Assembly: GCA_016778895.1 (NCBI GenBank)
Contig: JADHOR010000005.1
Coordinates: 33,636 to 97,635, forward strand
Origin: Candidatus Puniceispirillum sp.
GTDB taxonomy: Bacteria > Pseudomonadota > Alphaproteobacteria > Puniceispirillales > Puniceispirillaceae
DNA: 64,000 nt
Direction of reading: 5' to 3'
Of the stretch, positions 30,088-40,425 are shown piece by piece. Below the pieces are notes generated by a model that did not search any database, was not told where the DNA came from, and worked only from the letters and a program-made list of their open reading frames with translations. Both the position numbers and the translations under genes were made by a program. Numbering within the stretch: the first letter of the stretch is position 1; each line of letters starts with the position of its first letter.

Positions 30088-30990
30088 TTGGACTTATCGA
30101 TGGTGACTTTTCTTTCTTCAGTTGTAAAACGGCACTCAGCAATTAAAATGATGATTGCATCAGCAGCCATTGTGAGCACTGCTGGCCTTATTTTTCGCAG
30201 CCTAGACAATATTGATCCGTTTGGAGTTGTTTTTTTTCGAGGGCTCGCACTTTCATTTGTGATGTTAGTCGTCTTAACTGCTCTTTACAGGCAGCGAGTT
30301 TTTTCGGCAATCTGGAGCATCGGAAGGCAAGGTATACTTGGCGCCCTGTTTTTTACTGGAGCTCAGACCTTTTATGTTTTTGCTTTTTCAAACACTACAG
30401 TTGCCAATACAACATTTACCATTGCCCTTGCGCCCTTTATTACGGCCCTAATTGCATTTTTTGTGATAGGGGAGCGCATTGACAGAGCCACCCAGCTCGC
30501 GATGGCCACTGCGAGCATTGGTATCTTCTCTATTATAGTTAATGACGTTACTTCAGAGGGATTGGTGGGCGTAGTCTTTGCTTTGATGACAGCCTTTTGT
30601 TTTTCCTGCTTTGCTGTCACCCTTCGGCGAAATAGGCATGTAGAAATGTTGCCAGTGCTATTACTTACTGGGCTCTTTAGCATGGTCGTTGGATTGATCT
30701 TTAGTCAGTGGAGCGCTGTACCAGAAATACGCGACATAGCATTATGTTTTATTTGGGGCGGCGTCTTGCAAGGTTGTGGGCAAACCCTTCTAGTGCTGTC
30801 TACAAAAGTTTTAAAGGCTGCTGAAATCCCTCTTATTATGCTTCTTGAATTTGCGCTTGGACCAATATGGGTTTGGATCTTCTTTGATGAGTTCGTGAGT
30901 CACGGCACCCTTTTTGGCGGGGGGCTAATCTTTTTATCTGTATTTGGCTTGGCGATGTATGAAATTTTTAAACAGCGAACCAAGGGTTGA
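30088..30990 (+). CDS. EamA/DMT-family permease
   Basis: A polytopic membrane ORF of about 10 TM with a duplicated 5-TM EamA-like organisation. The likely true start is ATG 30148 (MMIASAAI...). Confidence 0.8.
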   Translation: MDLSMVTFLSSVVKRHSAIKMMIASAAIVSTAGLIFRSLDNIDPFGVVFFRGLALSFVMLVVLTALYRQRVFSAIWSIGRQGILGALFFTGAQTFYVFAFSNTTVANTTFTIALAPFITALIAFFVIGERIDRATQLAMATASIGIFSIIVNDVTSEGLVGVVFALMTAFCFSCFAVTLRRNRHVEMLPVLLLTGLFSMVVGLIFSQWSAVPEIRDIALCFIWGGVLQGCGQTLLVLSTKVLKAAEIPLIMLLEFALGPIWVWIFFDEFVSHGTLFGGGLIFLSVFGLAMYEIFKQRTKG

Positions 30991-31002
30991 TAAATTAGAA
31001 AA

Positions 31003-31749
31003 ATGGATTTTCTTGGGCTTGGTTATGAAAATTTATTAATTTGTCTGCTTAGCATAGTGGCTGGGGGGTTCATGCGGGGCTTTCTCGGTTTCGGCGCAGC
31101 ACTTGTAATTGTGCCAACGCTTAGCTTCACACTCCCGCCAGTTGTTGCTGTTGCTATCCTCGTTATAATTGAGATTCCAACGATACTTTACCTCGTGCCA
31201 ACTAGTATTCGTGATTCCAATTTAAAGACTGTTATACCGATGTTAATCGGTATTATTGTTGCCGTGCCCGTAGGTACTGCTGTTTTAGTTGAGGTCAATC
31301 CCGCTAAAATGAAACTGGTCATTTCTTTTACTCTACTAATGACCGTGGCTCTTCTCGCTTCGGGCTGGCGTATAAAGGGTGTTGTTGGCAAGGCTGTTAT
31401 GTCAGGTTCAGGGTTGGTAGGCGGATTTATACAAGGCGCTGCTGGAATGGGCGGCCCTCCACTAGTAACAGCGTTAATGTCATTACCGGATAATGCAAGC
31501 ACTACCCGCGGCAATATTGTCATTGCACTCAGTTCAATGTCATTGATTAACTTTGCTGCTTTACTTGTTTACGGTCAGTTCAGCGATGACGTTTTAACGT
31601 TTGGCATCATCAGTGCCCCCATATATGTGTTGTCAAATTATTTGGGCGCACAGTTTTTTCGTCAGCAGGGCAACGAACATTTTCGCCGTGCGGCACTCAT
31701 TGCGCTTGCGTTGATTGCCATTGTAACAATTTACACAAACTTATCATAG
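31003..31749 (+). CDS. TauE/SafE (DUF81) family anion permease, copy 1
   Basis: 248 aa, Gly-rich and polytopic (GFMRGFLGFGAALVIVP ... GFIQGAAGMGGPPLV), as is typical of DUF81. Confidence 0.8.
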   Translation: MDFLGLGYENLLICLLSIVAGGFMRGFLGFGAALVIVPTLSFTLPPVVAVAILVIIEIPTILYLVPTSIRDSNLKTVIPMLIGIIVAVPVGTAVLVEVNPAKMKLVISFTLLMTVALLASGWRIKGVVGKAVMSGSGLVGGFIQGAAGMGGPPLVTALMSLPDNASTTRGNIVIALSSMSLINFAALLVYGQFSDDVLTFGIISAPIYVLSNYLGAQFFRQQGNEHFRRAALIALALIAIVTIYTNLS

Positions 31750-31976
31750 AAGCTCAGGCATTCAGGGTTCAAGCTGGTCCAGCGGCGTTAACACCAAATT
31801 CTTTTGGCGATAAAATTTTATTATTTTTGAGACGAAAGAACATTCTTTTTCATACACCGGCAGATAAGCGATCAATTAACTTGCAAAACCATTAAAATTT
31901 TGGAACGTTTTTTTAACCAAAGTTAATTGCCTAGTGAAGTCATAGGCTTGTTGGATTTGATTTTAGGGAGGAAAAA

Positions 31977-32969
31977 ATGAAAATTTTAAAGCCAGTTCTT
32001 GGCTCAATGTTTGCGGCTCTGCTGCTAGTAGCAGGACCTGCAAACGCAAAAAAAGTAACGATGAACATTGGTTACTCGGTTAACGAAGGCCATCCATATG
32101 GCACTTTCATGCATTTGTTTGCTGAGCGCTTCGAGACACTTTCAGGCGGCACGGTTCGTGTGAAGGTGCACTGCTGCCATAAAATGGGTAGTGAGCAGGA
32201 GCAATTTAAGAAACTTCAGCTTGGCACTCTTGATGGGACAATGATTGCGCAGAACAACGCCGGACCATTTTACCCAAAAATTGATTTGTTGGTGCTGCCC
32301 TATATGATCCAAAACTATGATCATGCTGTGAAGATTGCAGATGGTCCGGTTGGTCAAGACATTTGGGGTGGAATGCCAAAAGAAGTTGGTGTTCACCTTG
32401 TCACGATCCCACTGTTCTCATTCCGTCACATCTACAACACTAAGATGCCTATCAACAATCTAGCTGACTTTGCAAAAATGAAGTATCGGGTGCCAAAAAA
32501 CACTGTGATGGTTGACACATATAAGGCGTTTGGATCAGACCCTGTGCCAATTGCTTGGTCAGAGGCGCTGACCGCTACGCAGACTGGAACTGTTGATGGC
32601 GGTGACTTGCCTTTGGACGTTCAGTACTCACAGAAGTTCCACGACATTGCAAAGCATGTAGCGATGACTGGACATTTTGTCCTGGCTCCGCCATTTTTTG
32701 TTAGTGACTCGTTTATGAAAAAGCTTGACGACAGTCAAATGGAAGCTATGCAAATGGCGGCGAAGATTGCCACTGCTGCATCACGGTTCCACACTAACTA
32801 CGGTATGTCTATCGTGCAAAAAAAGATGGAAGCGACCGGTGTGACGTTTACTCAGCCAGACATCGGCCCTTGGGTTGAAAAAGCAAAGGCTGTGCACACT
32901 GCTTTTGCCAAGGAGCGCGGTCCCGAGTATGCCGCAATCATGGATAAGATCTATGCGGCAGCAAAGTAA
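31977..32969 (+). CDS. TRAP transporter substrate-binding protein (DctP family)
   Basis: 330 aa with a signal peptide ending in ANA. It has the DctP-family layout, including a conserved Arg region (MKYRVPKN), and is followed by the Q and M subunits. Confidence 0.9.
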   Translation: MKILKPVLGSMFAALLLVAGPANAKKVTMNIGYSVNEGHPYGTFMHLFAERFETLSGGTVRVKVHCCHKMGSEQEQFKKLQLGTLDGTMIAQNNAGPFYPKIDLLVLPYMIQNYDHAVKIADGPVGQDIWGGMPKEVGVHLVTIPLFSFRHIYNTKMPINNLADFAKMKYRVPKNTVMVDTYKAFGSDPVPIAWSEALTATQTGTVDGGDLPLDVQYSQKFHDIAKHVAMTGHFVLAPPFFVSDSFMKKLDDSQMEAMQMAAKIATAASRFHTNYGMSIVQKKMEATGVTFTQPDIGPWVEKAKAVHTAFAKERGPEYAAIMDKIYAAAK

Positions 32970-33040
32970 ATAAGTAACTTACAAGCTGGCTCCCAAACCT
33001 GGGGGCCAGCTTTTACATTTTGACAAGTGAGATTGCTAAA

Positions 33041-33550
33041 ATGTGGAAATTTTTAGAAAAACATTTTGAAGAAATTTTAGCTGGTATTCTTGTAATGTTT
33101 ATGGCTTCGATGGTGTTTTTCCAGGTCGTCATGCGCTACTTGTTTAATATGCCGACCTCTTGGTCCGACGAATTGGCAATTTATGCAATGTTGTGGTCAG
33201 TTTATATCTCAGTCGCATGGGCAGTTCGAGAGCGCGCGCACATTCGTGTGATGAATTTTGTACAATTGTTGCCATCAAAAATGGCCCTTGGGATGACAAT
33301 TTTTAGTGATCTTATATGGTTTCTTTTTGGAATTTTTCTCACCTATCAGAGCATTTTGTTGGACCTGTCTTTCTGGAAAGACGAATACCGTTCACCAGCG
33401 TTAGATATTGATCAAAAATGGCCATACATGTGCCTTATCCTTGGCTTTGGTCTGATGACTTTGAGGTTGGCGCAGGTTTATTACCGCTGGATAAAATATG
33501 GCGAGCCAATCCTAGAGCCCCGTGACGATGAGGATTTACCTCATGCTTGA
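33041..33550 (+). CDS. TRAP transporter small permease (DctQ family)
   Basis: A 4-TM small membrane protein between the P and M subunits. I prefer ATG 33041; the ORF track starts at TTG 33020. Confidence 0.85.
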   Translation: MWKFLEKHFEEILAGILVMFMASMVFFQVVMRYLFNMPTSWSDELAIYAMLWSVYISVAWAVRERAHIRVMNFVQLLPSKMALGMTIFSDLIWFLFGIFLTYQSILLDLSFWKDEYRSPALDIDQKWPYMCLILGFGLMTLRLAQVYYRWIKYGEPILEPRDDEDLPHA

Positions 33551-34877
33551 CCTTTTGATGGACTTTATTTTTGACCTGTCAGAAGGCCAGCAGGCTTTGA
33601 TCATGTTTGGCTCAATGATCTTAATGATTGTTCTTGCAGTTCCAATTCCAATAGCTGTCGCCATAGGTACAGCGATTGGTTATTTTATGATGGACCTGAA
33701 TTTGGTTCAAGTTGTGCTGTCCATGTATACTGGCGTGGAGCCATTCCCGCTGGTAACAGTTCCATTATTTGTTTTCGCGGGCTCCTTAATGGAGCAGGGA
33801 GGTATGGCACGCCGTATTGTGAATATGGCGCAATCAATGATCGGCAATTATACGGGAAGTTTGGGTCTAGTGGCAGTTCTGGGCTGTGCTTTTTTTGCCG
33901 CCTTGTCTGGGTCTGGCCCAGCGACTACGGCTGCTATCGGCGCTGTTATGATACCATCAATGATTAAGCAGCGTTGGGATCCTGCGATGGGCGGTGCAAT
34001 TGCTGCCGCTGGCGGTGCGCTTGGGAGTCTCATTCCGCCAAGTAACCTAATGATTATTTATGGTATTGTTGCCGAACAATCCATTCCGCGTTTATTTCTC
34101 GCTGGCTTCATACCTGGTTTCTTTGCGACTGCTCTGTTGATGTTAACGGTCTATATAATCGCCAAACGGCGAAATTATGTCGGTGATGGGTCAATTTTCT
34201 CTTGGGCAGAGGTTGGGAGGACAATGGCTGATGGGAAATGGGCCATACTTGCGCCATTCATAATTCTCGGGGGTATCTACAGTGGGGCTTTTACCCCCAC
34301 AGAAGCCGCGTCTGTAGCTGTTTTTTATGCATTACTGATTGGTGGTGTTGTTTACAGAGAGCTAACAGTTAAAAAAATACTGGTCTGCCTAAAAGTGACC
34401 GCAATGATTTCAGGTGCAGTTTTGATTATTGTGGGTCCAGCGAAAGCTTTTGGGGAGTTGATGAGCCTTTTGTCTGTTCCGGACATGATTGGAGAAGCTT
34501 TAAGTGGCGTGACGGAAAACCCATTCTTGCTGCTAATGATTATCTCAGTAATCTTGATAATTACTGGCATGTTCCTTGAGTCAATTGCTCAGATTATTCT
34601 TCTTACGCCTTTGCTGCTGCCTATCGTGGTGGCGCTCGGTATTGATCCTATAGTATTTGGCATTGTGATGGTAATTTCCTGTGAGGTGGGCTTTTTGACG
34701 CCGCCTGTTGGCGCAAACCTTTTTGTTGCTGCGCGAATAACAAACCTTGGAATTGACAAGATTTCGGTTGCGGTTCTCCCGTTTCTTCTGGCTTATATTG
34801 GTGTGCTTGTGCTTGTTGCGCTCTTCCCAGATGTCGTCACTTGGTTGCCGAATTTGGTCTATGGTAAGTTCGGCTAG
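33543..34877 (+). CDS. TRAP transporter large permease (DctM family)
   Basis: A polytopic protein of about 445 aa. ATG 33543 overlaps the dctQ stop (ATGCTTGA). Confidence 0.9.
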   Translation: MLDLLMDFIFDLSEGQQALIMFGSMILMIVLAVPIPIAVAIGTAIGYFMMDLNLVQVVLSMYTGVEPFPLVTVPLFVFAGSLMEQGGMARRIVNMAQSMIGNYTGSLGLVAVLGCAFFAALSGSGPATTAAIGAVMIPSMIKQRWDPAMGGAIAAAGGALGSLIPPSNLMIIYGIVAEQSIPRLFLAGFIPGFFATALLMLTVYIIAKRRNYVGDGSIFSWAEVGRTMADGKWAILAPFIILGGIYSGAFTPTEAASVAVFYALLIGGVVYRELTVKKILVCLKVTAMISGAVLIIVGPAKAFGELMSLLSVPDMIGEALSGVTENPFLLLMIISVILIITGMFLESIAQIILLTPLLLPIVVALGIDPIVFGIVMVISCEVGFLTPPVGANLFVAARITNLGIDKISVAVLPFLLAYIGVLVLVALFPDVVTWLPNLVYGKFG

Positions 34878-35118
34878 GGTCAGTGTCTGGTGAATGTTTT
34901 AAATTTTCGCGGAGAGCTGAGCTTTTCATGCAGTTTTGTATAACAACTGTGCGAAGTTGGTTTTTGTTTCGTCCCTGCCTTTCAAATAGGTTCTGGTGCT
35001 CTCCCTAACGTAAGTTTTGCTCCAGAGATTAACATGAAATAATGTAAGCCCGTCTTTCAAGCATTGACGTTAGGTTCATTAAATTGAAAAGTCACCTATC
35101 TTATTGCGCAAAGTTGAA

Positions 35119-35781
35119 CTAAGACATTATTTCCAATTCTGGTGATGGAAATAATCCGCTTACATCGGCTCCTGACGCTAACTTTTCCAATATATCAGCC
35201 TCATATGCCATACGCGCAAGTGACGCCTCAAGTATGGCATCGGCGCGGTTTAGTGGCACAACAGTAACGCCATCGTCATCACCGAGAATTATATCACCTG
35301 GCATGACAACAACTCCACCACAGCTGATGCGATCATCAATTGAGCCGCCCCAGCCTTTGTGCGGTCCTGCAGGCGATAAGGCACTCAAAAAAACTGGCAA
35401 CCCCATAGCTCGCATTTCAGCTGCATCTCTCGCCGCGCCATCAAGCACAACTCCGTTTATGCCGCGCAACTTCGCGCGTGTGTTCAAAATTCCGCCCCAG
35501 ACCGCGCGATCGCTATAGTTTGCTGCGTCAATCACCAGAACCTCCTTTGGGTTCAAGCGGCCAATCACCTCATGAAGGGCGGCATTATCGCCTGCAAGAA
35601 CGCTGACCGTTCGTGCCTGTCCAACGATTGTCATTCCGGTTGATAGCGGCGAGATGCGACCCGCCATGACATTCTGACGGTTCATCACATCACCAGCAAT
35701 TGCCGGTGGAACGCTGGCCCATTGAGCAAGTTTTCTTGGAGATAGCGGCTTGAAGCCGTTTTTGAAAATTTGAACTGGCAT
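35119..35781 (-). CDS. RraA-family protein (HMG/CHA-type class II pyruvate aldolase/oxaloacetate decarboxylase fold)
   Basis: 220 aa with RraA-family segments GDVLVID-like (EVLVIDAANYSDRAVWGGILNTRA) and VVLDGAARD. Confidence 0.85.
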   Translation of the reverse strand: MPVQIFKNGFKPLSPRKLAQWASVPPAIAGDVMNRQNVMAGRISPLSTGMTIVGQARTVSVLAGDNAALHEVIGRLNPKEVLVIDAANYSDRAVWGGILNTRAKLRGINGVVLDGAARDAAEMRAMGLPVFLSALSPAGPHKGWGGSIDDRISCGGVVVMPGDIILGDDDGVTVVPLNRADAILEASLARMAYEADILEKLASGADVSGLFPSPELEIMS

Positions 35782-35785
35782 TTAT

Positions 35786-36160
35786 TTACTCCGTTGCAAA
35801 GCCACGTCCGGGGCGAGTGTATTCTGGACGCGGTGGGCTGAAGACGTCGAGTATAACAGCACCCTCAGGCCCGCCAATAATGCCATGTTCGACACCCCCT
35901 GGGCTGCACCAGAAATCACCCCTTTGAACGGCAATTTTTTCACCGCCTTGAATGCGGGTCGCACTACCTTGCAGCATTATCCCCCATTGTTCCTGTGGGT
36001 GGCTATGGATTGTACCAACCGCATTCGGCGCAATACGTACAACTGATAACATCGCCTGGTCACCCGGAAAAATACGGGTCGTTAGCCCTTCGCTTAGGGT
36101 TCGGGCAATGCCCTGGTCCATGGCATCAATATTAAAAAAGTTAGTATCTTTTTGGCTCAT
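35786..36160 (-). CDS. Cupin domain protein
   Basis: Cupin motifs GTIHSHPQEQWGIMLQG ... PGGVEHG. The start is ATG 36160 with GAGG 5 nt upstream. The gene ends 4 nt before the RraA-like start, so the two are probably an operon. Confidence 0.7.
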   Translation of the reverse strand: MSQKDTNFFNIDAMDQGIARTLSEGLTTRIFPGDQAMLSVVRIAPNAVGTIHSHPQEQWGIMLQGSATRIQGGEKIAVQRGDFWCSPGGVEHGIIGGPEGAVILDVFSPPRPEYTRPGRGFATE

Positions 36161-36442
36161 AGTAACCTCTAAAACGGCTGATAGATCTCTTGATAGCGGT
36201 ATCTTTAACGATATGAATAAAGCCATTTATTGACTTCAAACATTGGTAGTAGAGTTATTGTGGCGCCGCTGGAATGATGAAATCAAGCAGAAAAAACAAA
36301 GTCAACAAAGTGACAAAGGCCTGCTAGCCTCACCTCAGATTTCATGATGTGGTTTTGCGAAATTTACAATCCAGTCATGTTGGGTCAAATGGTCCAAGTA
36401 CAGTTCAATAGAGCGTTTGATAAAAAATCGGTTGAATTTTTA

Positions 36443-36465
36443 CGAATGTAATAATATAACATTAT
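36443..36465. promoter_or_regulatory. Zur-box-like operator upstream of znuA
   Basis: CGAATGTAATAATATAACATTAT matches the proteobacterial Zur consensus GAAATGTTATAWTATAACATTTC, as I recall it, at 18 of 23 positions. It lies about 83 nt upstream of the ZnuA-like start. Confidence 0.45.
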
Positions 36466-36547
36466 ATGATCAAGAGACGTGTTAGAACACGTCCAATTAA
36501 AAGGGTTCAACCAACAGCTAGCTCGCGACCTTTAAAAAGGAAAGGCA

Positions 36548-37591
36548 ATGATGGCAAAAGGACTGATAAAGCATTCAATTGTGATCTCGAAATCTTTTTG
36601 GGGTTCCAAATTTTTTGGACTCTGCAGGTTATGTGGGCTGGGCCTATTGATAATATGGGCTAATTCTGCTGCCATGGCTTCGCAAAATCCTCTATCTGTG
36701 GTTGCTTCGATAAAACCAATTCATTCATTAGTCTCTGCGGTGATGGGCGATATTGGCACGCCACAATTGCTGCTTAAGACGCCGTCATCAGCGCATCATT
36801 TTACCCTAAAACCGTCACAAGCTCGTAGCTTGCAGGCAGCAGATATCGTCTTTTGGGTTGGCCCTACGATGGAACAGCCACTAACAAAAGCACTGGCGAC
36901 GCTTGCGCCACACGCCCAGACGACACCGCTGATCGACGCTTCTGGTTTGGTGCTATTTGAATTTAATAACCCTTTGCCTGCTCACAAAAAGCCCAACCAT
37001 GACAAACATAATGATCGTGACGAACATGCCAAACATACCAACCACGGTGACCAAGATGATCATGCGAGCCATGGAATTAATCCGCATATCTGGCTTGATC
37101 CGCAAAATGCTCAGTTAATGCTTCGGGAGATCTCATCGCGGCTTGGCAAGGCCGATCCAGAAAATGCCGAGATCTATGCCGCGAATGCTGATCAGATGTC
37201 GGTGCGTCTTGCAGGTTTGCAGGCCGATATTGCAAGGCAGCTGGCACCATATTCAGCGTCAAGATTTCTTCTGCTACATGACGCGCATATTTATTTTGAG
37301 CGCCGGTTTGGGTTAAGTAATCATGGGGTGATAACAAGTGAGCCGGACATAATGCCAACTGCATCGCGGATAAAGGCGCTCCGCTCAGAGCTTGACGAGC
37401 ACCAAACCGACTGTATTTTTGCAGAACCGTTTTTAGGGCAAAAAGCCGTAGACCTGATTGCCGAAGGCAGCAAAGTTCGGATTGGCACGTTGGATCCGGT
37501 TGCGAGCAACTTGCCTGCTAGCGATGAGCTCTACCCAACTCTTTTGAAGAGCTATGCCGATGCGATGGAATCTTGTTTTCGCGCCAATTAG
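36548..37591 (+). CDS. znuA: Zinc ABC transporter substrate-binding protein (ZnuA-like, cluster 9 SBP)
   Basis: A signal or anchor region, a His/Asp-rich loop HKKPNHDKHNDRDEHAKHTNHGDQDDHASHG, and the HIWLDP motif. No znuB or znuC is adjacent. Confidence 0.85.
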   Translation: MMAKGLIKHSIVISKSFWGSKFFGLCRLCGLGLLIIWANSAAMASQNPLSVVASIKPIHSLVSAVMGDIGTPQLLLKTPSSAHHFTLKPSQARSLQAADIVFWVGPTMEQPLTKALATLAPHAQTTPLIDASGLVLFEFNNPLPAHKKPNHDKHNDRDEHAKHTNHGDQDDHASHGINPHIWLDPQNAQLMLREISSRLGKADPENAEIYAANADQMSVRLAGLQADIARQLAPYSASRFLLLHDAHIYFERRFGLSNHGVITSEPDIMPTASRIKALRSELDEHQTDCIFAEPFLGQKAVDLIAEGSKVRIGTLDPVASNLPASDELYPTLLKSYADAMESCFRAN

Positions 37592-37607
37592 TTTTTGAGT
37601 GCCTAGC

Positions 37608-39242
37608 TTAGCGTTGGTCAGCAATAATCATATCAGCCGCTTTTTCGGCAATCATGATTGTCGGCGCATTCGTATTGCCCGACACCAGCGTTGGCATGAT
37701 GGATGCGTCAACTACGCGTAACCCCGAAAGTCCGTAAACACGAAGCCTTGCATCAACGACATCCCCCGACTTTGGATCAGGCCCCATGCGGCAGGTTGAG
37801 ACGGGATGATACAAGGTCACGCCAGTTTCACGCGCATAGGCTAGCAGTGCATCATCGGTATCAAGGTCTTTGCCCGGGCGTATTTCTGCCTCGACGAGTG
37901 GCGACATATGATCACTTTCCATAATTACCCGCGCAATTTTCATTCCGGCAACGTGCACACGGCAATCTTCATCAGTGCTTAGATAATTCTGCCTGATCGC
38001 AGGTGCGGTCATCGGGTCGGATGATTTGATATGCACTGAGCCACGGCTTTCTGGCCGCAGCTGGCAAGGACCAAAAGTCATGCCTGGAAATTTATCAAAG
38101 ACACGTTTTGCCGGGTTAGCAAAGCTGGCATTAGCAATGTGATATTGGATGTCTGGACTAGTAAGACCATCACGCGATCGAACAAACCCACTAAGCGCAC
38201 CGGCTGGTAGGCTAAGAAGGCCGCGACGTGTTAAGCTATAGCGGATAATCTCGGCCGCTAGCCCAAGTCCATGTGCACGGTTGTTAAGCGAAATGTTTCG
38301 TCGCAAACGCCATGATAAGCGGGAGATATAATGATCGGCTAAATGACTGCCCACCCCCGGTAACTCATGGCAAACATTGATGCCATGGCGCGTGATATGG
38401 TCGGGCGCGCCAATTCCAGATAATTCGAGAATTTGCGGCGACTGAATTGTGCCTGCTGACAGGATAACTTCGCGTCCCACCTTCAAATTATGCGCTTTAC
38501 CATGACGGTTAAAATGAACCCCATCAACACGTCCTCCGCATAGGCTGATAGATGTAACATGCGCGTGCGTGATAACTCTAAGGTTAGGCCGCTTCCGCGC
38601 AGGTTGCAGGTAGGCTTTTTTGGCAGAAAAGCGGAGTCCGTTTTTCTGGGTCACCTGATAATAGCCAAACCCATCCTGACTAGCTCCATTATAGTCCTTG
38701 TTACGCGGATAACCTAGCTTTTCGGCTGCATCAATCAGCATATCAAGGGCTTCATAGCGACTGCGTACCGGGGCGACATTCAACGGCCCGCCAATGCCGT
38801 GGATTTTGCTGTCAAAATCCATATCACCATTTGCCAATGCCTCACAATGCTCTGCCTTGCGGAAATAAGGCAGCACATCATCATATGACCAGCCACGATT
38901 ACCGCGTTGGGCCCAGCCATCATAATCGGCTGACTGCCCCCGCACATAAAGCATTGCGTTAATAGCAGATGATCCACCAAGCACTTTACCGCGCGGGATT
39001 GCAATACGGCGGTTTCCGCTGCTTTCTTCAGGCTCTGTCTCAAACATCCAATTCATTGCCGGATTAACCATCGTTTTGATATAGCCTGCTGGGATATGAA
39101 TAAGTGGGTTACGGTCTTCCCCACCGGCCTCAAGAAGCACAACATGACAAGTCGGATCCTCGCTTAAACGTGCGGCCAGCACGCAGCCAGCGGACCCACC
39201 GCCAATGACTATATAGTCGGGTTGATAATGATCAAATGCCAT
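37608..39242 (-). CDS. GMC family FAD-dependent oxidoreductase, paralog 3
   Basis: [53 protein letters not shown]. It starts 12 nt after the TauE copy 2 stop on the same strand. Confidence 0.9.
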   Translation of the reverse strand: MAFDHYQPDYIVIGGGSAGCVLAARLSEDPTCHVVLLEAGGEDRNPLIHIPAGYIKTMVNPAMNWMFETEPEESSGNRRIAIPRGKVLGGSSAINAMLYVRGQSADYDGWAQRGNRGWSYDDVLPYFRKAEHCEALANGDMDFDSKIHGIGGPLNVAPVRSRYEALDMLIDAAEKLGYPRNKDYNGASQDGFGYYQVTQKNGLRFSAKKAYLQPARKRPNLRVITHAHVTSISLCGGRVDGVHFNRHGKAHNLKVGREVILSAGTIQSPQILELSGIGAPDHITRHGINVCHELPGVGSHLADHYISRLSWRLRRNISLNNRAHGLGLAAEIIRYSLTRRGLLSLPAGALSGFVRSRDGLTSPDIQYHIANASFANPAKRVFDKFPGMTFGPCQLRPESRGSVHIKSSDPMTAPAIRQNYLSTDEDCRVHVAGMKIARVIMESDHMSPLVEAEIRPGKDLDTDDALLAYARETGVTLYHPVSTCRMGPDPKSGDVVDARLRVYGLSGLRVVDASIMPTLVSGNTNAPTIMIAEKAADMIIADQR

Positions 39243-39254
39243 TTTAGTTGCCCT

Positions 39255-40055
39255 TCAAATAAGATTGTTCAGTCCTCGTATGATAAGCGTGAAACCACCG
39301 CAAGCCAGTGCAAAATGAACAAAATGACGAAAGGTTTTTTCAGAGATGCGTTGGCGTGTCAAATGCCCCGCTTGTTGTCCGGCGATAGTTGGAATAATCA
39401 TAGTAGCTGATAACAAGAGGCTATCACCAACAGGAAACCCAGCATGAGAAATACCTAGCCACAAAGCGATATAGCCGAGCGATAGAAACACGCCAAGCAA
39501 CATCGCAAGCTCGTCTTTGCTAACGCGCATCATCATAAATAACTGTACGCTGGGAAAAGAATACATGCTGGTAAAACTGCCCAGAATGCCTGATGTGATG
39601 CCTGCTGGGATAATTAGCCGTTTGAGGCTTTGGACTTTTATGGTTCGTTGCCGAAATTGGGGCAGTGGAAAGCTGGATAAGATAGAGTGAAGAGAAATAA
39701 GCAGTCCAATCAAAATGCCAAGTGAATGACTATCAACCGTTACCATAATGGGCGCCCCTATTAGCATTATTAGGGTAGCGGCGCCAACAAGTGGCCAAAA
39801 TTGTCTCAAAATGCGCCAATGCGCTCGATTGAGCCAGATTTGTTGAATGTTGGCCACAATAATTGGTAAGGCAAGAACAGCAACAGTTTCGGGGAGTGAC
39901 AGTGCAAATAGCATAATGGGTGTAGCAATCAGCGGTAACCCAAATCCTAATGCGCCCTTAACAAAACAGCCTAGAAGAACTGCAGTTAGCACGATTATGA
40001 AATCAGCTGAAATTAGAGTCTCGATAATCATCGTGTCATATCCTGAAATACTCAA
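39255..40055 (-). CDS. TauE/SafE (DUF81) family anion permease, copy 2
   Basis: 266 aa and polytopic (CFVKGALGFGLPLIATP...). It is the first gene of a two-gene unit with GMC paralog 3. Confidence 0.8.
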   Translation of the reverse strand: MSISGYDTMIIETLISADFIIVLTAVLLGCFVKGALGFGLPLIATPIMLFALSLPETVAVLALPIIVANIQQIWLNRAHWRILRQFWPLVGAATLIMLIGAPIMVTVDSHSLGILIGLLISLHSILSSFPLPQFRQRTIKVQSLKRLIIPAGITSGILGSFTSMYSFPSVQLFMMMRVSKDELAMLLGVFLSLGYIALWLGISHAGFPVGDSLLLSATMIIPTIAGQQAGHLTRQRISEKTFRHFVHFALACGGFTLIIRGLNNLI

Positions 40056-40425
40056 TGGCTGGGATTTTGTTCAGCTTGAAGACATGATGTTGAGCCAGTC
40101 TTGTCCCCAATTTCCAACAATCATGTCAGAGGATCAAGCCACCAATCGCATTTCAAGAGCAAGCAGATTAGACAATCTATGGATAGTCCAGGATTAAAGG
40201 GATTGTCGACTTAAAAAAATATGCGTACCGTCGTCAGGCTTTAGAAGCGTGGGTTGCGGCGTCAAAGGCCGAGCGTCTTTTGAGGCCAGCGGGCGCTCAT
40301 GTGAGCAGATTTAATAGGCAAGTGTAGGTTCAATCAAAGCCAGCAGGCCTAGGGTTTGTCTATGTTTAGAAATCTTCATTCCTGGGTGTTTATCCCCACA
40401 TCCTTCATTCAAGAATTGGGCTGTG

